Below the pieces are notes generated by a model, which was not told where the DNA came from, searched no databases, and saw nothing but the letters and a program-made list of their open reading frames with translations. DNA of 59,869 nt, counting the filler, from Sphacelaria rigidula (taxonomy: Eukaryota): the NCBI GenBank assembly GCA_964200075.2. It is 4 parts of 4 records of this genome, joined end to end, with 100 filler letters (N's around TTAATTAATTAA, not from the genome) between each part and the next. Parts side by side here need not be neighbours in the genome. Positions count along the whole stretch, not along the records: positions 1 to 14,894 come from CAXNAA020002000.1; positions 14,995 to 29,888 come from CAXNAA020002001.1; 2 more parts are not named here. One strand, 5' to 3'. Of this stretch, positions 12,880-25,678 are shown piece by piece. Made by a program: the position numbers and the translations under genes. The stretch's first letter is position 1, and the number at the start of each line of letters is the position of its first letter.

Positions 12880-14030
12880 CGATCGCAACTTGGTGGGGGG
12901 GGGGTGCTGTTGTGATCGCTGATTTTACCCGACCTCCCTGCACCAGTGAGTTCGCAACAAGGATAAAACTACTACATGGATGGATGGGCAGGCATTTCAC
13001 TGATGAAACGCGGGTCGGGGGTTCGAGGCTGGTCATATTGCATCCCTTTTTGGAATTTCCCCCCCACCTTCTGACACAAATGAACCCAGTAACTGACTAC
13101 CCTGGGCACATCTTCGGTAAATTAATCCAGGTCATGTTTTTGAAATTTCCGAGTGTCAATACGTTAGAAAGCTCGTCAAGAGCCCAAAGTGTGATAGTTG
13201 ACGCATATTAGTACATGGGGGGAAAATAGTGAAGACGGATTCAGGCCGGGGCACGGTGGCGGAGGGACGAGAAAATAGCCGTCCCTCGGGGTAATGACCA
13301 TCGTGAATTTGGGTGGACAACATTGCCCCGTAAGTTGGTCTAAATTCAAATAAATTGGTGGAGACCCGTCGGTCGCAGTGCCGAAACTTGATTTGGCGTT
13401 TGCGAAGTATGACTTCAACCGATTTGATCGCAAGTTCTTCCTACCTCTACTAATTCGATAGCGTAGCGTGAACGCGATTTCCGTAGTTGCTTGTTAGCTT
13501 GCCCGTGCTGAATGCCCCGACCTGCTAATCTCGAAGGTAAAATGCCCATTTCTCAGTGAAACAAGGATTACTACGGCAATAGGCGCCTCGGATTTGGCAT
13601 CTCCATCAAATATAGAGTCAGAATTGGGCCGGCGAGACTTTGGTCTGGACTACCGCGGAAGTGCGCTTGCGTACAATTGCCTATTTTCAGCCCCTCGGGT
13701 GTATAAAAGGTTTGCTCGGATTGTGGTGGGCTGGTAGTTCTCCAGTGCACCATTTCAGTCCTATCCCCTGAGCCGTGGTGTCTTTTCTGCACTGAACGAT
13801 CGATGTTTCGTGTTGCGTAGGATCAGTACAAAATCAGCTTCTCCTGTGCGGTTTTCGCATTAGCAGCTTTTGACCGATATCGAATGGTCCTGTGCAGTTG
13901 GGTTGTCTGTAGGATCTTCTCTTCGACGATGGTTGAGGAGGAATCATGAGTGTTATCTGTACCGTTATATCATGACCGATAGGGAACCTGAAAGTCATAG
14001 TCGCGCATGCGATTGTCAGCCTACACAAAA
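12880..14030 (-). mobile_element. Possible highly decayed LTR-retroelement pol 3' remnant
   Basis: Scattered minus-strand peptides QPNCTGPFDI, ATDGSPPIYLNL and TRVSSVKCLP loosely resemble the post-integrase (W)xGPF region of Gypsy-like elements. There is no continuous ORF and the resemblance is from memory only. Confidence 0.25.
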
Positions 14031-14274
14031 GGGCTCGTCCTCTTTCTAGAATGCTCTATATTTCTGAATCAACTCCAAATCATACATTCAACGCCGAAGT
14101 ACAATTGCCCAAGCGTACTTCATCGAAACGCAGAATATTTCCTGGAAATATCTATGTGGTTAACCACAGGGCAGTAGTTCCAAGCTTCGGATCTGGACTG
14201 TTGCTGCGGGCCATTATGACCGTTCACACAACATTATTACATCCCCAAATATTATACTCGAAATGTGTATTACC

Positions 14275-14785
14275 GCTGACGAATACTCTTGCCTTTGCTG
14301 AGATTGCTTTTGCTCGGCACTGCGGTGTCAGCTGCATTGCGCTGCGGCGTCAGTCGCACCACGTTCTCAAATACGACCGCTGGCGTAAACGTTGCCTTGG
14401 CTGAGGTGGCTCTCGCTAAGCGCTCAATGTATTCGGGCGGTGTAATGCAAGTGGAACGCCATTTTTTTCACGCGGAGACTTCTTCGCGATTTCACAGTTG
14501 CATCACATCGATTCGACTCTTTCCCGAAATGCGTACGACCGCCAGACGAGTATAGAAGTCAAATCAACACAACACCTACACACTGAGCCCCGAAGTGCAC
14601 ACACACACAGCCGCTCATCACCCACGCGCATTAGCTCCAGCACTAGCCCTTGCTACTCTACCCACGGCAGTTTTTGTCAGACATTTGTTTTGTAATGGAG
14701 GAAAGACGGTCGGGCGCGTCTCAAGTATCACGGCTGACACATACGTTGGCTTGGATGAGATCGCTCTCGCTGAGCGTTCGACCAA
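14275..14785. repeat. Degenerate ~84-bp unit, three copies (same family as 7668-7805)
   Basis: Copies at about 14275, 14378 and 14733 share GCTGAC.(A)ATAC.TTG.CTT.G.TGAG.T.GCT.T.GCT. Confidence 0.55.
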
Positions 14786-14894
14786 TGCCGAGCTAGCCCC
14801 CCCACAAAAAGTGCACCGGCACTATCCAACGAACCGGCTGCGATCCCACTATTGGGCTCGTTTGCAGCAATTTCGCCCACATGAGAGGCGTGTA

Positions 14895-14994
14895 NNNNNN
14901 NNNNNNNNNNNNNNNNNNNNNNNNNNNNNNNNNNNNNNTTAATTAATTAANNNNNNNNNNNNNNNNNNNNNNNNNNNNNNNNNNNNNNNNNNNN
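14895..14994. other. Artificial scaffold-joining spacer
   Basis: N44-TTAATTAATTAA-N44, exactly 100 bp, with stop codons in all six frames. Confidence 0.98.
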
Positions 14995-16532
14995 AGTCGT
15001 TTGACCATTGACCACGCATCCCTTTCGAGACGGAGCACCGTTCCTACTCCTAATAGAGACACCTCCAAAGGGGGGAGGGAGATTGAAGATGTTACTGATG
15101 AAAATAAAAAATAAAAACTGGAAGGTGTCGAACTTTCCGTGGAGTTTGTTCCTCTTCCGACATCCCGTCGTGCAATGCTTTTGAATATATTGTATGAATA
15201 TGTTATTCGTGGATATAAATATTCTTCCGAAAGAGATTCGAAATGGTTGATGATTATTCGGTCAATTCGCTAGTTTGTGGTTGGATGTTGAGTCGCGCTA
15301 TGGCAGGGGTGCACGAAAACAGTTCTGGGCCGGCGTACTGGTGTCATAGACGTACAAAAGACTCGCGCACTCGTAATAGTGCATGCAGTTGAGGACGAAG
15401 TTGCGTCTGCACGTCAGGCGAACCTCCCGGAGGCAACCACAACAAATCGCGCAAAACGTTGTTGTTTTGCTTTGATAACGTGGAAATACTTCGGGCACGT
15501 TTTGGCCAATAAAGTGCACCCCTACGTGGTGTCATGTACAGTGTCTTGTTTTGGGAGAAGAAGTGTTGCTAGTTTCGTTCATCAGGGGTAGAGGCGAGGG
15601 TAATCTAAATCCAAGAGTTCACGTGCCAGGTACGGCCGATCATCCAAGATGATGTTGACTCATTCGTCGATGGTCTGTTGCTGAACTCCGGCTAAGGACT
15701 AACGATGCTTTGAGATATTGACCAGAGTTGACCGCGAGTGAGATGAATCGAACTGCTGTGGTAGCTAGAAAGAGAAAAAAAGTAGCAGTTGCGGCGTGGC
15801 TTGGACAACACCCCACATCCCATACAGAGGGGGCGGGAAAAGATCAGCTGACGTCGCGAATCGCTCATGTGCATCGGCTCGCGCTCCTTCAGTTGCTGTA
15901 GTTGCCTGCTGAGTGGCTCTAAAAGCTGTTTTTCGACTGTAGTGGACAGTATTCTTTCTTTTTGTCGAGAACAACGGCGAGGAAGAACGGAGCTGAGAGA
16001 TATGGCACCCCTTACTTGTGCTCGCGCTTCACTCTGAAGAAGAGCTCATGTCGATCGGTGCGCATCACCTGTCGAGACCTTGCCGCGTTCGATGCGATAT
16101 TGAGGAGTCTACCAGCTGTTTACCAAATGATATTTCAGTTTCATATGCCTCCTCGTATCTAAACCATACTTCTGCTCCGGTGCGACAAAAGTAAATTAGA
16201 ACTTCATGGGTGGTAGTCTACTGCCTCTCGTGAAATGTATCGATATAAGGCGGCGCATATACGGCACGCGTACTGCTTGCAGGTCCAGATGCCTGTACGT
16301 TCATTTCGTCTCTTGTGGGTGACCGGTGGCCCAACGCACCCCCAGCACTTACCGTAGCTACAAAGCCATGGACCTACCAACACGTCCACTCTTGTGCGCG
16401 ATATAAAAGCTTGTTGTCTTCCCCTCATACACGACGGGCAGAGCAATTAACGCACCACATCTTCACCTCCATCGTTACTGCTACCAACCCACCCCGCACC
16501 GTGGTACACATGTACATGAACGGAAAACACAG

Positions 16533-19234
16533 GAAGGACTGTATCGTGTGGTGTTCAAGGAAGACCTGCGCACATCCCCGTCACCATCCTTCCACGACCC
16601 GGAACACGGCCCGAATTCCAGCTCAGGCGGGATCGCCAGGAGAAACCGAGACAACGGGGAACCGCCTGTTGTTGTCGTCACCTCTCCGCCGAAACCATCA
16701 CGCTTCCCTTCCATGGCGGACGGCGCTCACGCTTATGGTCACCGAGGAGGAGCGGTGGTCGTTCCTGATCCCAACTCTCCCACGGAATCCGCCACCCCAT
16801 CGTCGACGGAGACGGGGACCGGTGCCGTGGCGGGAGCGGGAGCAACACCAAGCCGCAGCGGCTTGACCGGCAGCGGCGGCAGCCGCACCAGCCGATGGGA
16901 TCGTGTGAACAAGGCAGTTCGGCGGCGGCCAGTGGAATATACTGTGCCGCTACCGCGTGCTACCGTTACTGGTTCATCTCCTACTGCAAGTGGCCCTCAC
17001 CAGCAGAATGCGAGCCCCAACCCCTTCTGGTACAAGAACAACGACAGTGTCATGCTCCACCCGACGGATTCCAGTTCGTCGATCGGCGGTGACAGCGATC
17101 AAGTCGATGATGGTGGCCGCGCCTCGCACAGTCCGACCAGATCGGAATTACACCAAACATCATCGTCTCGCTCTCCAGACGCGAGCAGCCGACGCCCCGA
17201 GCTCGCAAGGAGCGCCTGTGTTAGCCGAAGCCGGTGGGGTGCTTCGCCACGAAGCGGTGACAATGCGGGTGACAGCGATTCGGATGAGGCACATATGAGG
17301 GATGCTATGGCGTGGGTGGAGAAGAAAATGGCAAGCAGGAAGGCGGCGGCGGTGCAGCACGATGGCGGCGGTGGTAGCGACGGGGGTCGCGGTGCGAGTG
17401 GCAGTCGATTCTCGCGGTTTGATGCAAGCGGCGGTCGGCAGAGTGGGAGGACGGAGTCGACCTTCAGCCGTGTGAGCCTAGGTGGCACTAGTGGGGCGAC
17501 CTCGACCGCAAGCAAAAGGCAGAAGACAAGTCGGTCAGTGATGAAGTCAACGATGAAAATGTATTGTTGTGCGTGTTTCGTGCAAGTACTTGGTTCAACG
17601 CTGTTGGGTAATGTGCGTACGTGATCTTGTTCGTGGGGGCAGGCGTTCGCCTTTGCTGCTATGTGCATCGAAGGTCGCGCTGTATGCTCCGGTTGTGACC
17701 CGGCCTCTATTCGTGGATCCATACTGTTCCTAAATCCAGTTATATATCTATGTATATATTGCTGAAAGTCCACAGCAATCTCTGTCGATTATTTCACCAA
17801 CGCCAACATCCAACGCTGTACTTCGAACGCAGACTTCTCCGTGCGCTAGCGGGACTGGATGACCCCGACGATGATGATGCTCGATCTGTCATCGTCTCCC
17901 GCTCCGGTGCCTCGAGAGGCAATCGCTATCTCGGCGGTGCCAGCGCCGGCGACAGCTTCACCTTTACCGTGTCCCGTACCAGAAGCATCGCCGGCAGTCG
18001 CGTGGAAAGCGAACATCGCGGCAGCAGCAGCCAGGTGAGCACCGGTGGCGACCGGGAGTTTGGCCAATTTTCGCGGCGCAATATATTACACGAAGCGGAT
18101 ACCGCAGACAGCGACCGCGACGATATCAGTGAAAGCGACTGGGATAGCCCTGGTCTGAAGCGGTCGGTGGCGGGCGTGGAAGGTGGGGGCAACCGCACCC
18201 AAGGGAGAGCTCCCATCAGCGGCAGTTACGGCGGCGGTGCCGAACGCGTGAGCAACAGTGGACGAATCCTTCGAGGACCGAGTCAGTTGTTGGCGTGCCA
18301 TCAAGGGACGTGGGCGGCAGTCTCGAAGGAAATGCGGCGGGAGTCCGGAGGCAGCGGGGTCGCCAGTCAGAGTGCGTCGCGGGCTCGACGGAGCAGCCGG
18401 GGTGACGATGGGCCCGATGAGTCACATTCAAACCACCGCCCGCCCCGCTCTAGAAAAGGACAAGCGGATACCGGTTTCGATGAGGATATCAACGGCATGT
18501 CGTCTTCGGAGGTGTTGACTGCGTTAGGACTTGCTTCATGGCGACGCCAACGTATGCTTGCACGTTCGAGACGACAGGCGGTCGCGGATGAACGGAAGGA
18601 TGGTCGCTCAGTGGCCGAAGAGATGGAGGTGGGCGAGCGCAGCGGGCCGCCGGTCGTGGCGACCGATGCCGGCAGAGTTGGTGCCGAGGACGAACGTGGT
18701 GTTGTTCGTGATGCACAGCAATCAGCGGGGGAATCTCGCGATGCGGAGCAACGGGCGCATGGGCGGAGCCCGGCGCAACAAGAAACGCAATCTGCACGTG
18801 ATTCACGGGATGGGCACGACTTCTCTGCTAGCGAGGAGAAGCAACCGGAGAGATGGAACCGTCCCGCTAGCCGTGAGCAAGGCCGTGAGCGAGGAGCAGA
18901 GCGCGGGAGAATCCTCGGCCAGCCCGCGGCGGCCGCAATGACGACTAGGAGGAGAACGACGGAGGAAGCGCCGCACTGGTCCTCCAAACATATGAGCGCG
19001 TTTATTCAACAGCAGCAGTATCGTTCGAGAGAGGCTCCTTCTGTTAGGGTAGGTGCTGGCCGTACCTCAGCGACCACGGCAGGAACCGTCGGGAGCGCTG
19101 ACGCCGCCCGGTCGACCTTGAAAACCTCGCGAAACGCGACCGGTATTCGCGGATTGGACGCTCTGTCTCGCGGCGATGTAACCGGAACCGGAGCAAGGAG
19201 AGGCCCTGGCCGCACGCCGTCCCCGCGGGGATGA
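16533..19234 (+). CDS. Hypothetical Ser/Gly/Arg-rich, probably disordered protein; last two large exons, 5' part unresolved
   Basis: Exon 16533-17533 (cacag|GAA GGA CTG: EGLYRVVFKEDL...KTS cg|gtcagt) and exon 17833-19234 (cgcag|A CTT CTC, stop TGA) join in phase 2. Both are long GC-rich open frames. A possible upstream 12-nt exon lies at 16283-16294. No recognisable domain. Confidence 0.7.
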
Positions 19235-22200
19235 CAGGGGCGAGCGGCGGTGTCCCCTCAGTCGTCGGTCAACATGCGAGCATAAACGCCGACGACTGTT
19301 GGTACTCTGGGCTTTGAAGAGTAAGTTGCATCGGTGTTCAGCAGCAGCGATTCTGGATCTATTGAGATCTCTCCGACCACCATTTAGAGGCGCCCCGGAA
19401 CGGGTCCCGGGGGGGGCAGATAGAGCATCACGGTGGGGAATGCTCTTGAGAAACGGGTGCCCGTGCCGCACTGGGGGGGGGGGGGGGGGGGTTTTTGGGG
19501 TGAATTAATGGATTTTTTTTTTGTTTTGGGGTTGTTTTTGTTTGTTTTTTTTTTTTTTGTGGGGGGGGGGGGTTTGTGTGGGGGGGNNNNNNNNNNGGGG
19601 GGGGCAGGGTACGCCGGAGGGGGGGGTGTGCTGGGGGTGAGTGGGTGCCGTGGGCGTATGGGGGGGGGGGGGGGCTTTTTGGGATGAATTAATGGATTTT
19701 CGTTTTGATTTGGAGTTGTTTTGGTTCGTCCTTTTGTTTGTCGCCGTGGTGATGAGATTGCTAGCGGCTGGAGTGCGTTCAATTCCACCCTGGTTGAGGT
19801 TTCGGCGACGTTTCCCCCTCATTTCAGCAGTGGGCTGGGGTGAGAGGCGGTGAGGGGTATTGATGTGTGATGTTTGGAGTTACTTCTTATCAAAGATGGA
19901 ATAATCCGTGCGTTTCAGTCGTCTATTTCCAGCATTGTGGATACAGTAGTGTAGTGCAGTGTTTTCTGTGTTGCGTGAGACTCCACGGGTAGGAGAATGA
20001 GATCCATCGCTTCGATTCAGCTCGCTGGCATACCATAAATAAACATCGATTTTGTACTGTCGGTAGCATTTACTGTTGTCGCTTGTTACAGGCACCGATA
20101 TTTCTAGTGCGCTAGAAGCCAGTGCACCTTCGCCGTAAGTGCTTTTCATCCTCTATCCGGATGTCGCAGTTGAAATGTAGTAACGCTGTTTTCAACGCAG
20201 AGCATCATATTATTATATTTAGGCAGAAAGTACTACAGAGATGAAACGTTACAGGGGTGAATACACAACCGATGGGTGACTTGTAAAATGGCACGAGCCA
20301 GGCGTCAACTGTTGCGGTATCCTTTGTTGTAGTAATTTTAACTTGTGTATGTATTAGGCGGGCCAAAGTCTTCCCGTAAAATCGGTCAGACGATACCTCG
20401 AAGATCACCTCACATGATGTGTTAACTATGGTTTCAGACGGTACCGGAATGATATTATCTCTATTCATCAAGTATGTACATTTTTTAATATTAGGTTATG
20501 TCTTGTGATGGGGCAGTGCTCAAGGATCGAGAGAGGGGGGGGGGGGGGGCGGGGGGCAGTCACATCGAAGCAGTCCATGCATAATCGTCGGTTGGATTTT
20601 GACGTTTGTGCAGCTGTCCAACGCCAAACCTGGCAAATAATGACAAAACCCGAGGGGGGCGAGCATAAGTGTGAATTTCGTTTGTGTGTGCCGTGTGCCG
20701 TGTGCTGTGTGCGTGTGTGTGTGCGAGTATTGATGCTGTTTATTGTTGTGATGAAGCAAGTTGAGCAAAATGGAAACGCGTGCTACTGTGCTACTGTGAA
20801 AGGAGATTGTTCGGAAAGCATTCCTAAATTAAAATATGGCGTAGCTATAGAAAATGGCAGCGAAGGGTAGTGAGTTGCGCTTTTTTTGGTGAGGGCGGGT
20901 ACCCTCCGCGTACGTTTGTGCATTGTTCAAGGTCGGCGTCAAGGTCGGGCGGGGTGAAGGAAGACGTGTGATATCTGTTCTCGATGGGAAAGGGAGTGTC
21001 TACTGAATTTTGATGAGATCATGGGATATTTTCGCTTTCTTAGCTGTTTGCTATGTTGGTGTTTTTCGTGGTGTTGCATGTGTGACGGAGCTTGTCGTCT
21101 CCGTATGTGTTGTCGATTTTTGTATACGTTATGTTGTTTCTTGTCCACTTTGTACACGTTTGTTTTTGGTCGATCGGCGTGGTGTGGTTATAATATTTGT
21201 TGTTGTTTTGTCGCATTGATTTTGACGTAGTAATGCGTGCGTGTGAACTTGCGGTTCCCTTGATATGTGCGTCCACTTGTCGCGCCCTATATGCTGCCGA
21301 TGCCCACTCCGTACACCGATGGGAGTATTATTTGGTCGGTTGACGGGGTGAGGCGAGCCTGGGCTGTCATAATCATTTGTTCCGGTGCTGGATTTGAAGC
21401 GAGGCGGGAGTTGGTTTTGCTGCGTTGGCGTGTGTTATGACCAAGTGAATGAATCTCGTGTTCGTGAGTGCTTCGTGGTTTGTAGAGTTTTTTTTTCACC
21501 ATTTTGTTTGTGTGTATGTGTGCGTTTTGAGTGATGCTGCGATAAGGAGCGGGGGGTGATTGATTCCATAAAAAATAGGGGCTCGCAGATGTGTCGGACG
21601 ACCCAAGTACTTGCGGTGCGGTTGTATTTGGGTGAAAACGATGTCAAGTGATATGATGATCGTGTCTTCTTTGTAGCAAGCGCGTTCGAACGAACGTTGC
21701 TGCTTTTAGCTACACGATTTAAGGTGGGCTTGGTGGAAGATATTGCCCGAAATACCCCCCTCCCCCTCCTACCGTAGCATCCTTCTTTTCCGGGGAAGCA
21801 GCCTCCTACAGAGGCTGCATGTGCCGTAGCTACTAAAGTCGGTGCGCAAATGAAATTCAAGTCTTGTCATACTGGAAGTTGAAAAAAAAGTGAAAGCGCA
21901 TATTGTGTGGCTGAAATTGATTCCCACGTGACATGCGTGTTTTGTTGTGTGTGTGTTTGTGTGGTTCATGAATCGATGTGCACATCGTCTGAAAGATGGG
22001 TCACTAGGTGTGAAGAGGGGAAACACCGTCGTTCATGGCGTGCATGAACCTGGACACTGTGTCCAGTTTATGTTTTTTTCTTGTGTATGTGTGTGTGTGT
22101 AGGGCAGAGTTTGATGTAGCGATTCTTGATATATGGAGCTGCGTTTAAAGGTCGGAAGCTCGCCGTTGGCGACCGCGCCCCAATCCCCAGTGGGCGAGGT

Positions 22201-23463
22201 TTCATCTCAATCCAGGCGTTTGGCGTGGCCACCAACCGGAGGTGGGGACAGGGAAGTAAGCAGGTCGTGTCGTAGCTGCCCCCTGTACGGGAAGAGGTCT
22301 GGCGGCACTAGCAGAGAGGAGGAACGGAAGGAACAGCATTTTCGAACAAGTATACGCTGTTTTGCCGAGAAACGATCGGTTGAACTGTCATCAAACCGCT
22401 GTCGAGACTAACGTCGCCATCACGACCGGCGTTAATGCGGCTGCCGTTGCTGCTGCCGCCGGGCTGCAGTATGTGCCCAACGTTTGCCCCACCGAAACTG
22501 CATCACGCGGCAGGCGCAAGCAGAGAAAGATTTTTCGGTTATGGTGCGATCTCTTTGGTGGCGAGAAACGTGCTCATTCGCACAGAGAAATACGTACGGC
22601 AAATAGTCAACACACGTGAGTATGGAGTTCCTCTCGGTCGACAGTCTCACCCCCGGTGTGGCTTGAGTGCTTGTATCTGCCCATGCGATTATCGAAATCA
22701 ATATCGCAAATATAGTCTGCTTGAAACGGTGGGAGGGATAACAAGCAGTTGAGCCACGTCTCGCGATATTGACAAATCAACCTCACGATATGGAGTTACG
22801 TCCGTCACAGTACAACGAAATGCGCAAACGTCCTCGGGATTCAAAATTCACAGGTATTTTTGCCCAGAGCCGACGAAGTCGCGCCGAATATCACACGCCC
22901 GTACGCTATAGCGGAAGAGCGCATGAATGAATGACGTGGAACAACACCCTCACAACACGTATATCATCACAACCCCATTCAGCAGGCTGCGCGTGTGTAT
23001 TCGACAATTTAGCCATCCCTTTCAAGATACATTCGCGCAGTACAGGTGAATGAAAAACTAAGATGCACCGTCTGCGATTCCAAATACGGTCACATCACGC
23101 GGTTCTGGCCATTCCCCCCTCGAAAAACAGCATCCAGCGAGAGAGAGACCCGCGCAGGAGTCAGTAAATAGACCAGTGCCCTTAACCACCGGGCTCCAGC
23201 GCACAGGGTGAGCAAACCCCATCTATAACATCAATAAGCACCTGACAGCGCTCGACCAGCATCAAAGCCTGCGAGGTGCTCGCGAGTGATCGTGGGCAAC
23301 GGACGGGGGAACAAACGCACAGCGCTTGCTCTCTTGGGAAACCACGTAGGTGGACACCATTAGTGCATTCATTGTGTATTCTTGCTGGAGGTCGTGTGTC
23401 AGATAAAGGTTGTACGTCCTCCTCAGAGCTCCACGTAAAGACTGGAACAAGTATCTTCGCCTG

Positions 23464-25622
23464 TATTAATATTTCACAATAACCACTGACTGAATGGCTC
23501 TGGGGTGATCGTGATATCTTAACGCAAGCTAGGAGTGCCGGTGTCCGTCTGAGTTCTTGAGCCTATAGATCGAGCTCCCCCTCCGCCTCATGACCGTTCG
23601 CGACCGATAGTGCATAATAAATGTGGAAGAGCACACCGCGATGACCCGGTGCATATGCGCTAGGTCAAAAAAAGCACAATGAACGCCTCAATGTAGCAGC
23701 CTTGTTAAGAGGGATGGTAACTCTGCGGCAAAACGGAAGCTCGATCTGGTGGCTCAAAAGCTTAGACGGATACCTGAACTCGCTTTTGTTGAGATGTCAC
23801 AATAACCACGGAGCCACTCCGTCAGAGCTGACTAAATGGCTTAGTGGTTATTGTAAGTCTTCATAAGGCAACCTTTGCCCCCGCCGAGCTCGTCTCGTCC
23901 TTCGTCGTGACGGGAAGCGCTGAGCAAAATGCTGGGGAGGTCTTGTTCTTGCATAAGTAGGCTCGCGGGCCAATCAACTGCGGTGACAACCGTTGCCGTC
24001 GCGGTGTTCGTGTCCAAGGGTTCAACGCTCAGTTGACTGCCATCATGGTCGCCTGTATGACGATCTTGAAGTGACACTAGCCCTTTCCTCTCGACACACA
24101 GCCCGTGTATACCAGGCGTGAGAGGATGTCTCCGATACAGAGAACGCCGATATAACATTAGCTTGTTGAGTCGGCGGAGTCTCGTCGTCCGCGCGATTGT
24201 GATTCTGACGCAGTTGGCACCGTTCCCAGATGTCCTCTTCTGGCACGCGACAGTCTCGACAGCGTCCGTAGCGCTCCACTCCGCTCCACTCCGCTCCGAA
24301 TCATTCCTGCCGGGAAGCAGAAGTGTTGCCAGCTTGACCACACCGTTGACGCTGCTGGACGCGTCAGAAGGGTTCGAGCTTTCTCCCTGGATTGACTTCC
24401 CGATCTCGCCTAAGTCCACGTGTACGACCGTCGCTGCGTCTGTCACGACGGCCGCCCTCGTTCGTGACGATGTTTACTACGCGTTCGTTGCTTCAGCCTC
24501 CAGACGATCGACTGCATGCCTGTGCACTGCTCCGCAATGGGACAGCGAGAAATTCCGACGCTTGCGATGCGATATCGTCGAAGGTAACAACACAATCTCG
24601 TTGCCGATGAGGAGCGCAGCTTCCAGCCACTCGTGATGGGAGTCAGGCAATGTTTTCAAACGACGTGCGTTTCTGACGAGCTCAACTACGCTGTCTCCGC
24701 GTTCAGCGAATCCAAGAAAAATCCGGCGTAACTCTTGAATCACACGAGAAGGATCGCATCCATCTTGTGCGGTCACCCTGGTGAGAACGGGGTTGTCGTG
24801 CAGTTCCTGCACTCACGATTAACCTACAAATCGGTACTTCGCGAGAAGAAGTACGAGATACGCGCTTCGTCCATCATCAAACTCAGCCTCTCTTCTAGTC
24901 AATCCATAAGCTCTCACCACCTGAGCTACAACTCCGTTGGAGTGATGCCACGGGAGGGGTGCACAACACAACTCTCAGGTTTGAATTGTGAGGAGCCCTT
25001 AATCTTATCCAAAAAAACGACCCATGAAATTGGCGAGTGCACACCACGGCTAGTTTCCAATGGATCAGGGATATCTCGAATGAATTTTGATGTGGGAATA
25101 TCCTGACACCTATTTTTGCGCAGCTCCTAACTTCAGGAGCCTCTCAATGAGAAATATCTTGGCCAAATATTGCGACCCCTATGGCGGTATGACTCATTGT
25201 ACGATTGATTCAGTGGTATCCACCCTGCTCGGTAGACTCGAGTGAAGAACTTACCATTCTTTGGTCAACTGCCTGCTCGCTTCTGTTGGGGGCAGCTTTC
25301 AGCTCGGTGGTCGCCTCCTCTCCAGGGCCGTCTGGCGACGTTTCTGCGCCACACACGTCTCCCCCCACACCTTAATTGCTCGTGCGTGAGCATACGTTGC
25401 ATTGCAATCCAATCACAAAACTCATCGGGCTTCTCGTTAAACAGGGCACATCCCCAACAGAGAGCGGAGGTTGACCGCAAACCATATTTCATTGATCTAG
25501 AGCTATAGGCGTAACAGCCTGGACGGAAAAAAGGGTAACTACTGTCAAGATGTCACAATAACCACTGAGCCGCTCAGTCAGCGCTGATCGAGTGGCTCAA
25601 GGGCTATTGTGACGTCTTGACA
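23464..25622. mobile_element. 2.16-kb putative element bounded by 80-bp palindromes (TG...CA) with a 5-bp flanking duplication
   Basis: Three copies of a palindrome, consensus about TGTTAAGATGTCACAATAACCACTGAGCCACTCAGTCAGC|GCTGACTGAGTGGCTCAGTGGTTATTGTGACATCTTAACA, at 23464-23524 (centre deleted), 23787-23865 and 25543-25622. GCCTG occurs at 23459-23463 and 25623-25627. Confidence 0.6.
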
Positions 25623-25678
25623 GCCTGTATCAAGGACAAGGTGGTCCCCATATTCTAAAAATGAAGGTTCGGTAATAA

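Noticed and set aside
6967-14894. Missing N-terminal exons (TM1-2) of the MFS gene
   Set aside because: Several candidate splice sites were examined, but none gave a convincing in-phase hydrophobic exon, so they are left uncalled.
14939-14950. TTAATTAATTAA palindrome occurring three times
   Set aside because: It is a synthetic six-frame stop linker within N padding.
19470-19720. Apparent duplication GAATTAATGGATTTT with poly-G/poly-T runs and Pro/Lys-rich ORFs (similar at 30945-31135)
   Set aside because: It flanks 10-N gaps and long homopolymers. The first copy looks like an error-degraded read of the second, so it is probably a sequencing or assembly artefact.
19880-20471. Two AT-richer short minus-strand ORFs, possibly viral or pseudogene relics
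   Set aside because: No recognisable family signature. They cannot be supported without a search.
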